Source: Balanoglossus misakiensis
Taxonomy: Eukaryota; Animalia; Hemichordata
Reading direction: 5' to 3'
Length of the DNA: 64,000 bases
NCBI GenBank assembly: GCA_040954595.2
Contig: CM082577.2
Coordinates: 1,488,001-1,552,000 of the forward strand
The notes beneath the pieces were generated by a model. It was not told where the DNA came from and ran no database searches. It saw only the letters and a program-made list of their open reading frames with translations. The number at the start of each line of letters is the position of its first letter. Position 1 is the stretch's first letter. Of this stretch, positions 38,805 through 52,690 are shown one piece after another. A program made the translations under genes and the position numbers.

Positions 38805-41800
38805 AGTCTCCACGCTTTGTCGTGTGCACAGCTGGCAGTCTCAACACTTGTTACAGAATTCTGGATGGAGTGTCCTCGCGTGGAGTGTCCTGACTGGACC
38901 GGTAGGTTGGGATAAATCTGAGGCCAACTGTCCTAGACTTATTAAACGTACCGGCGTTTCTCGCGGATAGATGCAAAGAGGCGAGTCCTGCAGCTACATC
39001 GAAGTGCGCGTCGAAACTAGAGGTGTTTGGCAGCAGTAAGTTTAGTTTTTTTTTCTAAACGGCTCTCATACGGATACGACACGGAGGACTTGCTGCTGAC
39101 GGTCGCACACTGTTATGCAGTACGTATCCAACTTGCCGACTGGGGAACGGACTGAATCGCACTGCACAAAAAGAGCACTATACTCTCTCGCAAGGCAGAC
39201 ATAAATTAATCGGCAATATAGATTGATTGTTGATAACCTTCTGTACAGTCTGAGGCGGCGGCCGGGGGTGTGGTAGCGGGCCCAATCGGGCATCTAATAG
39301 GACCGTCCGTCCGCACGGGGGAGAGAATACACCGATGTTGATTTGCTCGCTCGATGGACGCTTCTCTGACGTTGCCCACCAAGTCCCAGAGAAATGCACG
39401 CACACACTCGCTTCTTCAATTAACCGCTCGGGTTTCTGCCAGTCAATAGAAGGCGTCGTCAACTGCAGGGCACGTACGCGGCGTAAGTAACCGAGTCGCC
39501 CCACCTACTGATCAGCCCAGGCTCATATCGCTAAAACTTATAGTCCCCCCCCCCCCCCCCCATTACATGTTCAGTGGTATTCTGCGTTTTATCACGTGTC
39601 GTCTACGGTTTACAGCAAAGGTCAGCCGAAGTCTATTCACTGAGAAACCCAGCGCCCCCGGCATTGGCTAAATCATGAAAACTTGTTATGAAAGAATAAG
39701 ACGCCGCCAAACAAACAGAATCTAATATGTGCGAGTTTTTGTTCCCGCCACTGGCGCGACATTTCGAAATGATTTGACGCGTTGAATCTGTCAAGGCAAG
39801 GATAAATTAATATCAATTTAATGGTGGAACGTGCGATCTGTCGCTTAGAATCCAGAGTTAGGTAATAACTTCATACTTTAAATGTCATATTCTGTTTTTG
39901 ATAATGTCAAACGGTAATAAATTGTGAGAGAGGCACTTTGCGTACATGAGATTCGCTTGGAGGACTTTCATTACTGCACGTAATTAGGGGCTATGATCAC
40001 ATGCGCTGGTGTCTCTCTGTGATATTCAAAAGCCATACCAACTAAAACGTGTGTTTCGCATCCCGGCGAAATGTCGATATTGCTGTTTCTCCAGTTCTAC
40101 GATTTCCTTTTACAAATACCAATATTTCAGTGAAAAAAAGAAGGCCTGCGTTAGATCGTGGTCAATTGGTGGAAGTACGGGGTAAGTTGGGAGAACCAGG
40201 CAGCGTTCCTTTGGTTTTACATCTTATGAATAAAAAAACACCGATTTTTTTGTACTGTCCTTAAATGAATCATGAGAGGGTCCGAGTAGGCACAATGTTC
40301 CAAATCAAAGTGTATACGTTAATGTTCCTCTAAGATGGCTTGGACGTGTCAGAATGCTCACCACGTCCTTTGTGCGCATCGTTAAGCACCAGTCTGGCGA
40401 ACCAAAGTATTCAAACCAAAGAATGTGGTTGGTTTAATAGCCATAGTCCCTCCATGGTTTGTTATTAATCAGTTCAATTTCGATATAACTGTCCGTACAC
40501 CTAAAAAGTAAACGCGGGAGGCTTGATAAGTCTGGCGGGAAAAGTTGTCATCACTCCAGGCTCATCACTGCAGTTTACCAGGAGGCATACGCGAATAAAA
40601 TAGCGGCAAACCGGACGTGTAGGCGGTCAGTATAGACCAGGGGTAGTCAATGGCGTAGATACATGAACGCGTTACCTTTACTTTAACTACTTGAGACTTG
40701 AAGCGTCTAATTTAAACAGCGATCACTCACTACTTACGTGAAGTATAAATAAACACGACATTACAATCGCCCCGTGTCCGCCACACAAAGGACAAGCCCG
40801 ACCCGGGTCGCCGTGGTGACGTCACACCTCCATTCCAGGTAAGCCCCCTAGACTAGGGGACGCATGTGATGTGCCGACGGACGGCCCTCGCTGACGCCAG
40901 ACACTTCATTTTCCAGCAAATCATCGCTATTGTTGTCGCGGGCGCGGATTTCTCAACCTGGCGCAACCCGAACTCTACTTCCAGAAATAAAGAAAAACAT
41001 CCTCTTATGGGAATTTCGGATTTCATCAGGAGAAACGGTTGTTGAACTGTCCGTGTTTTTTTTGTCCTTGATGGAAGAGTCTCGCCGGGCTAATTACGCC
41101 GAGACAAATTTATGTCGAAGTGAGCGTTCTTTAGAATTTGCAAGACTCAGACCACTGTACCCCATTAATGTTTACTTCACTATTCTTTAGTGAGAAGACT
41201 CCATTATCCAACCCCTGAAACCGTTGCCCCCCCCCCCTATCAACATCCAGGTATGGCAATATCAAAACTAAGGAGTGCCGGGGTATTGTTAACATGGTTA
41301 CGCAGAAATTATATCAGGTTGCTAATTATCGTGTTTTTCACAACTGTATTGGCCGAAAATATACCATATCATTATACACAATTCTGACGCATAGTCTGAG
41401 CCAAAAACAATATCAAAACCAAATCAGATCGACACAATTTTTTAAAATCCCGGCGCCACCATAAAACGAGTTAGTCACCGTGGTTCTCTTTATGAATACA
41501 TAACCCCCGAGACAAATGGTCACGTGGTATAAAGTTTGAGGGAACGTTTATTTCATCAAACAGTCATCACCCCTTAACTTTTAAGTCAAGGCAATGCAAT
41601 CACCATAAAAACCTTAATTTGATGCTTCTTACAGCTTGAAGTTGTGTGTGAGTGGGTGACCGCCATTATTTAATTTAGATATTACTCATGCTTGCCTATG
41701 GGGGCGAAATGTAAAATGACAGTTAATTTTGCGCCGTTGAAGTCGATACTTGTCAAGCCGACGGGGAGGGTAATCGATCACTTGGCCAAAAGGATATGAC

Positions 41801-42239
41801 GTCATTGAAGGCTGATTTGTGCCCAATAAAAACGAAAACCTCTTGCGAAGCAAAAGTAACATGACGAATGGCGTTCGCCATTTATGACGTCACCGCACGA
41901 TATCCCGGCATATCCGTAATATCTCCACACTGCTTTCTTTTTTATTGACACTTGACTTTTGGGTTTCAACGCCGCTTTAGGGGTATAATCTGCCGGAAGA
42001 CAGTCTTTGCGGTGAAGCAGTGCAGCGTTATTGCATTACGCAAGTGATGACGTAAAAGCTTTCTGAATTGAGCGTTTCTGAATTGCCGAAAACTAACGGT
42101 GAATTGACACTTCCTTAAATGTTAACCAAATGACAAATATTTGATGTGTAGTCTCTTGGCATAATTGATGAATTAAATTGGTGATTTGTTATAAGGGAAA
42201 GTACTGGATATAAGTAATACATTCATACATACACGTGCG

Positions 42240-42304
42240 TACGTACGTACGCGGACGGACGGGCGGACAGACAGACGGACGGACAGACGGATGGATGGAT
42301 GGAT
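42240..42304. repeat. Compound tetranucleotide microsatellite (TACG/GACG/GACA/GGAT)
   Basis: Seen directly. Confidence 0.85.
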
Positions 42305-44483
42305 AGCGCCAGGCTCACCGATCGGACACACTTCAGTTTTGTGATGCATGGCGGATGCATCAGATTAATGTTTTTTATTTTATTCTGTGAGAAGCGAGAT
42401 TTCAGTTTGAATCCGGTTCTTTTATGTAGCTCACTGGGAACTGTGCCAGTGAAGTCATTTGAGAACTGGTGTGATACATTCATTTAAGATAGTCAGCCCC
42501 TCGGGGACAGATTTGCAGAAAAAAATGATAGACCTCCAAATCTGGCAGAAGAAATTGGATAAATCATCATTTACAAATTTTAAAAACAAGACTTCTTATA
42601 AATGTTAATACGTATCACTTATTGATGATCAATTAACAAAAGAGATATTACGTAACGGTAAAATAAATGCAAGAAAATAACATTGTTTTCAGCGTCACGT
42701 GTAAGATAAGACGGAGGTGATTTAGCAAGATTTGGTCAACGAGTATATTCAGGCACGTAACACCAAAAATAACTTGAAAAGTTTTCCGGTCCGTCAGCAG
42801 GCTGAGGAACGGCCAAACTCATGAGCGCACGAGAAATCCTTTTCGATCGGCATAGTTTTCCTCATAAGGAGCCGATTGTTTTTGTGATGGAAAAGAAGTT
42901 TCGTAAGATTACACTGCTCTAGCTCGCACGAAGCTCTATACCTTGTGTGCCCACCCCGGAATACGTGTCAACCACTTCCTCATTGCAGAACCTGATACAA
43001 AACTGTATTTCCCCGCGCTCCGAAACCACAGATAGCTCGGCACGGCACGTCAGCTATATTTAATCTTCCCGTGCGTCACGTCCACCTTCTACATTTGACA
43101 GGTGTTTGTGCGTTTTGAGTTGAAATGAGAGAGGAATGTTGATATCTGCTGTGAAAAAATCTGCACCCTCACGCATAGATCTCCACACTCCGGTTGTCGT
43201 GCGATATCGAGATCTGCGTCAGCGAAGGCACTACAGAGGGCGCTAGATATTACATCCTGGCCCCTTCACCAGGTGCACCAAGCCGTGATACGGAAATTCC
43301 GATCAATAGGAAATGCGAAGATTTGTGATGCGCTCGCGAATACAACGGACCGCATGTGGCGTTACCTGCAGACGGAACATGTGGTCGTGCGCGGGGCTAT
43401 GATGACGTGTTACAATAGGCGGTGTTACTTGTGAGTTACGAAAGATTTTAAGCCCAAAACGGCATGTGTGAACATCCCGTGAAACACCGTTTCGGTGTTC
43501 TCATCTCGTATAAGACGTGTATGTCTCACAAAACAGGTAACTTCGGACACACATACTCGTGGTCATTACAATGTAGGTCAGCCGTTCTAAGGGAATTATT
43601 GTTTCTGTGTCAACTTAAAAATAGCGAGTAACATATCACAACAAACCCATGCTCAAAGTTTTTATTTATTTTGCGTAGGTGCGCTATCGCATGCCACTGT
43701 GTGCTTACCTTGCTATCCATCCGCGATCTCTTCATCGTCAATTTCCACCGAATTACCTATGTGAACTGGATTCTCCGGCTCGACCACGGGAACTGCAGCC
43801 TATTGGATTTGAAAAAAAGTCTTATTAAAGTTTTTTACTCTTATTCAAGTTTTTTTTACTGGGTGCGTCTCCGATTTACATAGATTTCAATTTTAATATC
43901 CTGTAGGGAAATACCAATATCAACATAAAGAGGCGTAAACATCCCATGCATCTTCATCATAAACATAGGCACACGGTTCATCATGATCAGACTACAGTTT
44001 ATCAGTGTTCAGAGTTTATCAATGTTCCGGACCCTGACATATTTCACACAATGTCAAGAATACGGAGCGCAGTTATAGACTCGCTATGGTTACCTGCTTC
44101 CATTGTCTACATAGTATTACATCCATAGTGTGAAAGCAGACGACAGTTACCGCTAAATCTCGGCCCTCAAAGGTGAAATATTTCTACACAGTTCATGGTT
44201 TTTTGAAGTTGATGCGGTTCAGCCAAACGATACAGCCAGTATCAGCTTTACTCTAGCTCGGTGGAAGTGTGTAATTCGAATTCAGACTGTCTTTGTATAA
44301 ATGCACTGTGTCGTGCCGTGTCGTGCACGGCTCACCATATAAATAAGTAGCAGTCGTTTTTTCCTGGTGTATGACCGACCATCTACCCTTCATGCAGTGG
44401 TCCTACATGTAACCGTGGAATTCGAAGCAGCGCCCTCAACTTTGTAGAACAATTTGTAAGACCAGTTCCGGGTTGATATACCA

Positions 44484-44494
44484 GGGGGAAACCC
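44484..44494 (+). promoter_or_regulatory. Candidate NF-kB/Rel site GGGGGAAACCC, ~200 bp upstream of the adaptor A ATG
   Basis: Close match to the kB consensus GGGRNWYYCC; motif match only. Confidence 0.35.
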
Positions 44495-44690
44495 AGTTTT
44501 AGTCATTTGGAGAGCTACTTGCAGAATTTTATCACCGGCACAGCGTGTCAAGCTGAGTTCAAGGTTTGGAAACTGACTTGCGGGACTCGGGACTAGAACG
44601 CTGCACAGTTTGGAACCGCTGATGTACTACATGTAGTACGCAAGTCTTTCAGATGAAATAGTTATGTTGTGAACCTGTGCTGGGACCATC

Positions 44691-47600
44691 ATGAATTCGA
44701 ATCGTGAAAGATGCCGTGAAGTCCTCGAGGAAGACTATCTCCGGTGCAAGTATATCCCGAAGCAAAACTGTAACAAGAACGTAGTGAAACAGGTAAGCGA
44801 ACGGCGTTTCAATGTTCTGTTGCAGTCCGCGTTTAGCTATAGACGTCATAACCTAGCACTTTTGATAATGCAGCGTGTGTATCACGTGAAAGCAGTAGCG
44901 AAGGTGTGTGGAGCTTAACTTCCTGGTTCTGAAACCACGGGGCAAAATAGATACGGCACAAGGTTACGGGTACGGGGCGTATATGTGGCGATGACTTCTG
45001 TATTTCGTCCCGACATGGACGGCTAAACCTCAACAACCACCAAGTGACGTTCATGGATCAGGGTGGAGTCGGAGAGCCAGTGTTGGTGGTTGCTTTTGCA
45101 GTCAAAATTCACACTGCTCTGGCATTGCTAGTTTGCATGATTTAGTATTGAAGGACTGAAATTCAATGCAGTTACATGTAATTATGAGCTTAGTTGTCAC
45201 AATGACACCGTTGCAATGATTCGGAGTGGTGCTTGCAACAGAGCCCGGACAAGCATTTAAAAAATATCATACTCTGGATCTCACACTTTTTTTTGAGGGG
45301 GGGGGGGGGGGGGTGGATAATTTAAATCTCCGGGAAGTACTAAGATGTAGTTTCGTGATCACAAAGCGCGTTCCTGTGTGTCCAGTAGCCGTCATGACAG
45401 ATCGTCACGGCTCAGGGAAATCACCTTTGCTGGGTCCATGCCGGGGTCACTCAGCTATGCGAGAAATGCGCACGCATTCGCCTTGTATGAACTTTTATCT
45501 CGACGTCTCTTGCTTTATTGCTTCCTGCGTCGCACGCTCAAATTTTATAGTATAGTATAGTATAGTATAGTATAGTATAGTATAGTATAGTATAGTATAG
45601 TATAGTATAGTATAGTATAGTATAGTATAGTATAGTATAGTATAGTATAGTATAGTATAGTATAGTATAGTATAGTATAGTATAGTATAGTATAGTATAG
45701 TATAGTACAGTACAGTACAGTACAGTACAGTATAGTATAGTATAGTATAGTATAGTATAGTAGTGCTAAATTTTAATAGGCCAGTATTTTCATACTGTCT
45801 GTCTACTCAGTTCCCTACAACATGTTGACATGACCAATATATTCAGCTTTATATCACAGCCTATAATATGAGCGAGAGGAACACACTGTCGAAATTGTAG
45901 TTGTTGCGCAGTGATCAGTGACCTGTAATCCAATCTCGTCTTTCTGAAACCGACCTACATTTTAGTATCATGTACCTCGGGATGGATTTTCAGGGAAAAA
46001 TGATAATCTCCCCAAACCTTCCAATTCCTTGTTGAAAACAAAGTCGAAACCTAGATGTTCACCGACTTGTTGTAATGAAAACCTCTACTTGAAATTTTCT
46101 CCATAGACTTAACACATAGAGCGGGCGGCCATTTTGAATTTCAAATTTGAGAAAATGTCACTCTCTCATTCAAAATGTTGCACGGTGACACTCCGATTTT
46201 AATCTCAATTTTAAAAGACAATAATCTGAACTTGACCTGGCCAAATTATGAGAGAAAGTTGAAGATTTCCGAAGCGCGTTCTTACTACCTTGAATTGAAC
46301 TGGTTTATTTACAGGAAGTTTTCGCAAGGCTGGAGGTAGATGAACGTCCCAGTTCCGTTGCCTGCAGCAACGTTCCCGGAAGTACAGGTAAGAGAGTCGG
46401 CGAATATTATGGTGCATGTATTTGTCGTGAGCTGAACAAATATTGACATTATGTGCGTGATGGGAAGTTTTTGGTTCGTGACTTGTCTCCCTTTTATCGT
46501 ACAAATCCAAAATGTATCAAACATGTAAATGTTCGCCCGTATTTTGTTTCAGTAATGGATTTTTCTTTTTTTTTAAATCAAGAAAAACATCATAGCTCAC
46601 CGCGGAAACTTCTGGATTAGAGACGGAAATTGCCCCAAATCTGCCATTATTTTAAATTCAAAATGGCCACCAGTCTCTGTCCTGGCGTGAATGATTACTA
46701 TGTGCCCGAAAGCTGGCCACTAGAAATTGCTTTTTGCTCAGTCGAAGATGCTTAAATGATGAACATGGACCTAAGCAGACGTGATATAGGGCTTTGCCTT
46801 CAATAGGCAATGACGCGGAGACATCTCATCAGTCTTTCAAAGAAATAAAAACTTACGTCGCTTTTCCCTCATTATAGTTTGTTCAGTTAACTCATTACCT
46901 TTCACTATTCCAGTGTATTTGACGCTGGAAAGAGTAAAGGGAAGGAATAGCCGTGTGCCATGGAAGACGTTCGAGCTGCGCCCGGACAATTTCTGTGGAG
47001 TGGACCTTGGTCCCCGAGAAAGAGACGGCAAGAAACTGGTGCTCATCTTCAAATCCGACAAGGACAATGGAACTACAAGTCTGCTGCAGTTGAAAGCGTC
47101 AAAGTACATCGCCCACTGCCTCAAGGTGTCCGACAAACCGGACATGACTAGATGGAAAGACAGGGTGTTGAATTTGCTGATGGACAAAGGTACATATCTT
47201 CCTCCACATCGATATCTTTTCCTTATTTGCACGGTAGATTCAAACTTGGCGACACGTGCATGGGTGGATGCATGCGGACGGATAGGTACAGGACACGGTC
47301 GTGTCAAAATGTGGTACAAATTCATGATACACTTTCTAATTTCTTACAGAGCAACATTACGAAGTGGGCATCTCTCAGGCACATGGCGATCTACCGGCGG
47401 GAACTATGAACCTCTACGTTTTGCCGAAAAGGATGGTTTTGTGTACTCTGTTTAACACGAAACGTTCGCTCCCGGAGTGTGTCATGGATCAAGCAAATTC
47501 TAATTTTGACTTGTCCTACAGTCCGGGGGAGCGGGTATACATTTTGAGAGTCCGGGGGGAGTCGAACAAGAAATTCCTCAGGACAAAGACAACGGACGAC

Positions 47601-50600
47601 AGCGAGCGAATCGCTCGAAAATTCGACGAGTTCAAATTAAGCCAGGGAACGGAAGTGAGCGCGGACTCTGTCGTTGAGGAGAACCACAACCCCACAGAAA
47701 GCGGGAATCGGGACGCACCGACGACAAACTCTGTAACCAGTGAAACCACCAGGCTTTGGCGGGAAAGGAGGGGTCTTCGGGGAGGATCCCAGCGAGTATC
47801 TCACCCTAAACCGGACGTCCATCCGACAAAGGAGATATGTCACAGTTTCCAGGGTGCTCCCCCGATGCCCAACCGCTGTCCAAAGCCGGCGACGTGTCGG
47901 TGTGCGGAGTGCCAGCCAGCTGAGGATTGGTACGTCAACCAGCCAGGGGTGCCACCCCCGGTACCCGCTCGCCAGCAAAAGGTCAGTAGCATGTGTGGGA
48001 CGGGTATTTGTAATGTTTAGCCACTGCACTGACAGCCAGGTGGATAGCAAGTAAGCAGGCACTGTTGTGGTGCAACGTGGATGCGTGTGAATTTTCCCCG
48101 AAGCTAATGACCATCCCACTGCAGTAATCTAGTTTATTTGACCAAAAATGGCACCAATACAGCACATTTTCGACGTTAGGCCGTTGCATAAGATTGCACT
48201 GCGTAATATGCAGTCACTCTTCGTTGACTTGAATGGACAAAATAAATTGCCACCCATTCCCCCGACTGACATTTCTTCTGTCGCATTTCTAGGCTGTCTT
48301 GGAAGTGACTGTCGCTGTTTTTGCTGGAAGACCTAGCCTAGGCGGGAGATGGATCGTAGATGTATACGTTGTCCACCCGGAGAAAAATCCCCTCGCCATA
48401 GTAAGTCAGAACTGGAAGCGGCCAACTGGTTGCAACCAATTTATTATTACTTTGCTCAATGATTGGGTCATTTGGTATAACACATACGGGTGATCCAGGC
48501 TCGAGAAATAACACGACTGAACACAAATAAATGGCATCTTGGAATGTATGTCGAAGAAATTTTGAGGCCGTAAAATGAGTGGCAGAAAAGAAGCTATTTT
48601 AGTATTTCACCAGAAAGTCTGACAACGTCATTCATTTCTTCCAGAGAGAAGCGCTGCAACAGTGTAAAACGAGCAAAGACCACATCGCCCTTCCGCCGCG
48701 TCGGGTCGAAGTGACCGACACACTGGTGATCAAGATACCCAAGTTACAGAGAGGATGGCGCTTCGAAGGCGATACTCAGTCTAAGGTGGGGTATTACTAA
48801 ATGCCGCTGTTTGCGAGTGAGTGAGTTAAGAGTGGCTATAACTAAGTGATAAGCCCACGCGTGACTCTGCGTTGACTTTTTGCTGACACGTGATGCAACA
48901 TCCAATTTGACGGACAAAACATCTGTGACGATCCACCACCTCGGAGGTCTAAACTTAAACTTGAGTCAGCTCTCGCTCACCAGCTCCGTATCAGTGATGC
49001 TTGGTGGGAAAGTAATGTGTGGCATTTCAAGTTCTGGTTCCAAAAACCGGTGAACTTCTGCATTTTTAAAAGAGAGTCTTTGTTTGGAAATTGTTGTGAG
49101 TTCAAAGAGAATATCGCGACACACTTCGCATTCCGTTGTCATTCGGCCAACTGCGAAACACGCATACTTGAAGGTTTAGGCATATCATAAAGAGCTATGT
49201 TAAATGCAGAGATCGTAGAAATGGTGGGTAATACAAACAGATTGCACGGGGGCAATACTCCCACCACTCATCTCATTGAATTACTAAGAGTCCATCCCCT
49301 TTTACCCTTCAGAATAGCTTACCTGTTTTCCAGTCTCGACCTTTAACCTTTGTGATCCAGTCAGTACCAACGAACCGCACTCAGCATTGTTGACAAATCT
49401 GTTGGAAATAAAAGAACACGAGATGAAGTCAGTGGTCGCGTTGCCGCATGCCAAAACTAACTATTCCGTAGTTGAATACGCCGCCATTAAAATATTTTCC
49501 ACTTCTGTACACAGATATTTGCCTACGAGGAAGTGGAGAGGATCGCAACAAAGCGTACCCTTGACTGTGTTTTGGATGAAGGGCACACTTTCGTCATCGC
49601 CCACGATGCCAGGCTAAACCAGGACAAATTCCACTGTCAGATTCAAATCAAAGGTCGGAAAAATCGAAACGATGTGATATACAACCTATCAACGAACTTT
49701 AGGACTTATGTAAGTAAACGGGTCTTATATGTTCAAGAATTCAAACAGAAATATTGTATATAGTACATAAACTACAGAGCCCGTTCGACATCAGTTCTGT
49801 ATGCACGTCAATACAAAGATACATAACGATTATTTCTGCAAATCACGTGAAGAAGGTTACCAATATTAATTATTATATGTGGAATAATGCATTGCAAAAT
49901 GTTGGCAATGTCAGCTGCAGCGGATAGTGAAACTTTGAAAATTGAAGTGCATGTCGGTGCGACCCATGCTGTGCACGTTGAGAAAAACCGACATCTGTGG
50001 ACACCTGTGTGAATATACAACCCGTGTCCACCATCAATTTCCATGAAAACAACCAACAAAATGTTATATTTTCGTGCAGGCAAAATCGGGTGAACGATTG
50101 GGGGAGTCGGACGTGGACAAAATGGCGGCAGAGATTCACAGACAAGGGACAGATATGCCAGGTTGGTTAACTTACAAGAAACTGGCGGAAATCAGCTCTC
50201 TGTTGACGCCATATTGCACCCTTGGGAACGACTGGCGCACCGTTTTGGACTACGCCGGTTTCGACTTTGTTGTTATCGACGAGGTGGAGCGAACTTTCGC
50301 CCGGACGGGGATCAGTCACGGCGAGCTGGTGTTGCGGCTGTGGTGCCGGATGAAACCGGACGAGTTCACGGAGGAGAAGCTTCGAGACGCGTTCCTGAAG
50401 ATGGGGAGGGAAGACGCCGTGTCTGTCCTGGCTGGAGATGACGAGGAAGGAGATGGACGTCGTTGTGTAAGGGAGACCGGAGGTGACCCGTCTTGTGAGT
50501 CGTGCGCGTGCCGCGTCAACAAGAACAATAGTGAATCGTGGCCAAGCTGTGTCAGGCCGAACCACGTCGAGACATGTGCTGACTCTGCAGACGCTGGTAC

Positions 50601-50901
50601 TAGCGGTGGTCTCACCAGTCAACGGCACTTCTGTAATCCAGTCTCGGAAAGATGTGAACCCACGTCGCCGCCGTGCAGCGAGTGCCACGCCGGTCACGAC
50701 GGAATGTCAGTGCCGCCGGCGTGTGGCGGTGGCGGAGACGAACATAATATCCCTGTCGCCCCGGAGTCGTCGAGCCAGTGCACGGCCCAGGAGGCGAATG
50801 CCACCGAATCGGCGCACTACGAGGTGTTACCGGGGGATGCACAACGGAAAGATTCTGATCTGAACAAAGAAAACCTCGACTTGAAAACAGGTGCGCTGTG
50901 A
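44691..50901 (+). CDS. Adaptor A: Dok-7-like PH-PTB, pY/Pro-rich linker, UPA-like domain, death domain and Cys-rich tail; 782 aa, 8 coding exons
   Basis: Exons 44691-44792, 46315-46387, 46914-47189, 47350-47981, 48293-48400, 48645-48785, 49515-49709, 50080-50901. All GT-AG; phases 0,1,1,0,0,0,0; 2349 nt in frame. PH: VLEEDYLRC..EVFARLE..VYLTLE..PDNFCGVD..KLVLIF..DMTRWKDRVLNLL. PTB-like: HYEVGI..GTMNLYV..MVLC..FLRTKTTDDSERIARKF. UPA-like: LEVTVAVFAG..IVDVYVV..GWRFEG..HTFVIAH..FHCQIQIKG. Death domain: ISSLLTP..GNDWRTVLDYAG..LVLRLW..LRDAFLKMGREDAVSVL. Confidence 0.8.
45546..45760. repeat. (TATAG)n pentanucleotide microsatellite with a TACAG variant block, in intron 1 of adaptor A
   Basis: Seen directly. 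Confidence 0.97.
45960..46293. mobile_element. Degenerate non-autonomous DNA-transposon-like repeat
   Basis: Contains TTTTCTCCATAGACTTAACACA-GGCGGCCATTTTGAATTTCAAA and TTGCACGGTGAC, and ends in ACTACCTTGAA. A related inverted fragment (TTAAATTCAAAATGGCCACC) lies at ~46652-46671, and a possible related terminus (TTAAGATAG...CCTCGGGGACAGAT) at ~42484. Family not determined. Confidence 0.45.
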
Positions 50902-52690
50902 AAAGCATACAATGGTCATCGACCCCTGAACTCACGCCATCGGACGGGACTTGGAGGAACACAAGTGGAACGTTCCAGCCAGTTTCCGCCCAGCCTGCAG
51001 CAGCCGAAAGTCTGCTATCGTGGGAAGATACGGAAGATGTGAAAATCCCTACTCAAATGGTCAACTGACGACATGGAGCACAAAAAATGATGACATTTAT
51101 GAGAAGCTCTGAAACCAATACTTATTGAATAATATTTCAAAGGTTACATTATACCTTTCAATTAAATGAAAGACAGAGAAACTTTACGGATAATCGAAGA
51201 AAATGTAGTTCCAAAGTACAGGAGATTTCAGTTTCGAATACTTTGCAAATTGTGTCCAATTCTTCTGCAAACTCTAGAGATCTGTACGTAAACCTCGTTC
51301 ATTGCCTTCCATTCGTCAGTTACTGAAATCAGGAAATCTGATCAGAAAACGTTTCTGTTAAGGTCGACCCCTGACATGACATATCTCCAAGACCGATGTC
51401 CATGTTACTTTTCTTCTCTCGTATTTTAAGCCTCTTGTAAATAAGCCCGTTCATTCGTATTTGTATATTTATTGCCTGCTGTGTCTAGTAGGATATCAAA
51501 TCTGCTGTATATTTTGCTCGTGTTCTAAATTTGACTTCATAATTCCCAAACATGCATCGCGAGTACAAGTTCTTTCTGAAGCATTGACATATTTACTGGC
51601 TACTCTTGGCAATGACTTTGTGATACTGAGCTGTTTGTGGCACGTATACCTTGCGTGTATAATTAATCAAAAATTAAGCAATCCCCTTTTCTGCAAACAG
51701 AATTTTACTGTGATATCTTCCGATACAATTTACATTTCTGTCGCTGTAAAAAGTTGAATTATTGCAGTTTTAAATAAAATCAGAAATCAGACTGAAAGTA
51801 CAATTCTGCATTACGGAATCATGTCTCAGCGTCGGAAGCGTGAATGCGCCTAACAATTGAACGTTCTTGACCTTTTTGCGTGAAGGTCATCATGGTTCAC
51901 GGTTGTTTGACGCGTGCGCCCTCAGTGTCTAACTGTGTGCAGTTGAATTACTGTGAGTGAATGAATGAATGAGTGAGTGGGCGGATGAATGTAGTGAGCG
52001 TTTCCGGGTTCTTGTGGAATAACGGCATCATGTGTTAGATTCAAAACGGCGGAAATAATTGGCGGTCACACGCACGACCCACGACTATAACGGAAGCGAA
52101 ATCGAGCCAATTTCAGTCCCAAACTGAGTTCGCACATGCTTGTAGGGTCTTGGTAACTAATTGCTAATTTACATATTGAACGACTTGAAATGCAGTTACT
52201 GCATCTAATTTTCTAGAGAAACTGAGATCATATAGATCTGTACATGTGTTAAAAGAACGGGTTTAGGCCCCAGTAAAGTTTACTTGAAGAAGCATAATCT
52301 GAAACTTGTTATGTGTAGGTCCTATATTGCCAGGAAAAGCGTATCTCGGATTTTTAAAACACATTATTTTTTTGCAAGTTTTATTTCAGCCTTTGGGGGT
52401 TTGAAGTTCAAGGCGTAGGCCGGAAAGATAGAGAGGTTGGCAATAACGTTGCGTGACAAAGCGCGCGTGAAACTGAGACGATACCTGGTCCACCGGCGCG
52501 GCCGGCCTCACAAACAGTTTACCGGCCGGCGGCCGTCAGGCGTTTCCTGGTGGGAGAGTCACATGACTCTGACTGTACTTGACGCTGCAGTCACGACGCG
52601 CAGTCAAACCATGTAAACTGCTGATAGTCCAGTCCTCGCCACGGGATCTCTTAGTTCCACAGCCGGACCTTGCAGGGGAGAATGGTTCCG

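Noticed and set aside
38805-38813. Track start of noggin-like at 38813
   Set aside because: That codon is GTG; the first ATG, at 38804, directly precedes the signal peptide.
45546-45760. CRISPR-like or telomeric array
   Set aside because: Simple 5-bp tandem repeat with no spacers, in an intron of a eukaryotic gene.
50074-50901. Standalone MyD88-like death-domain gene
   Set aside because: No TIR domain follows. The frame opens at a splice acceptor (50079) in phase with upstream exons, so it is the last exon of adaptor A. The same reasoning applies to 55724-56059 for adaptor B.
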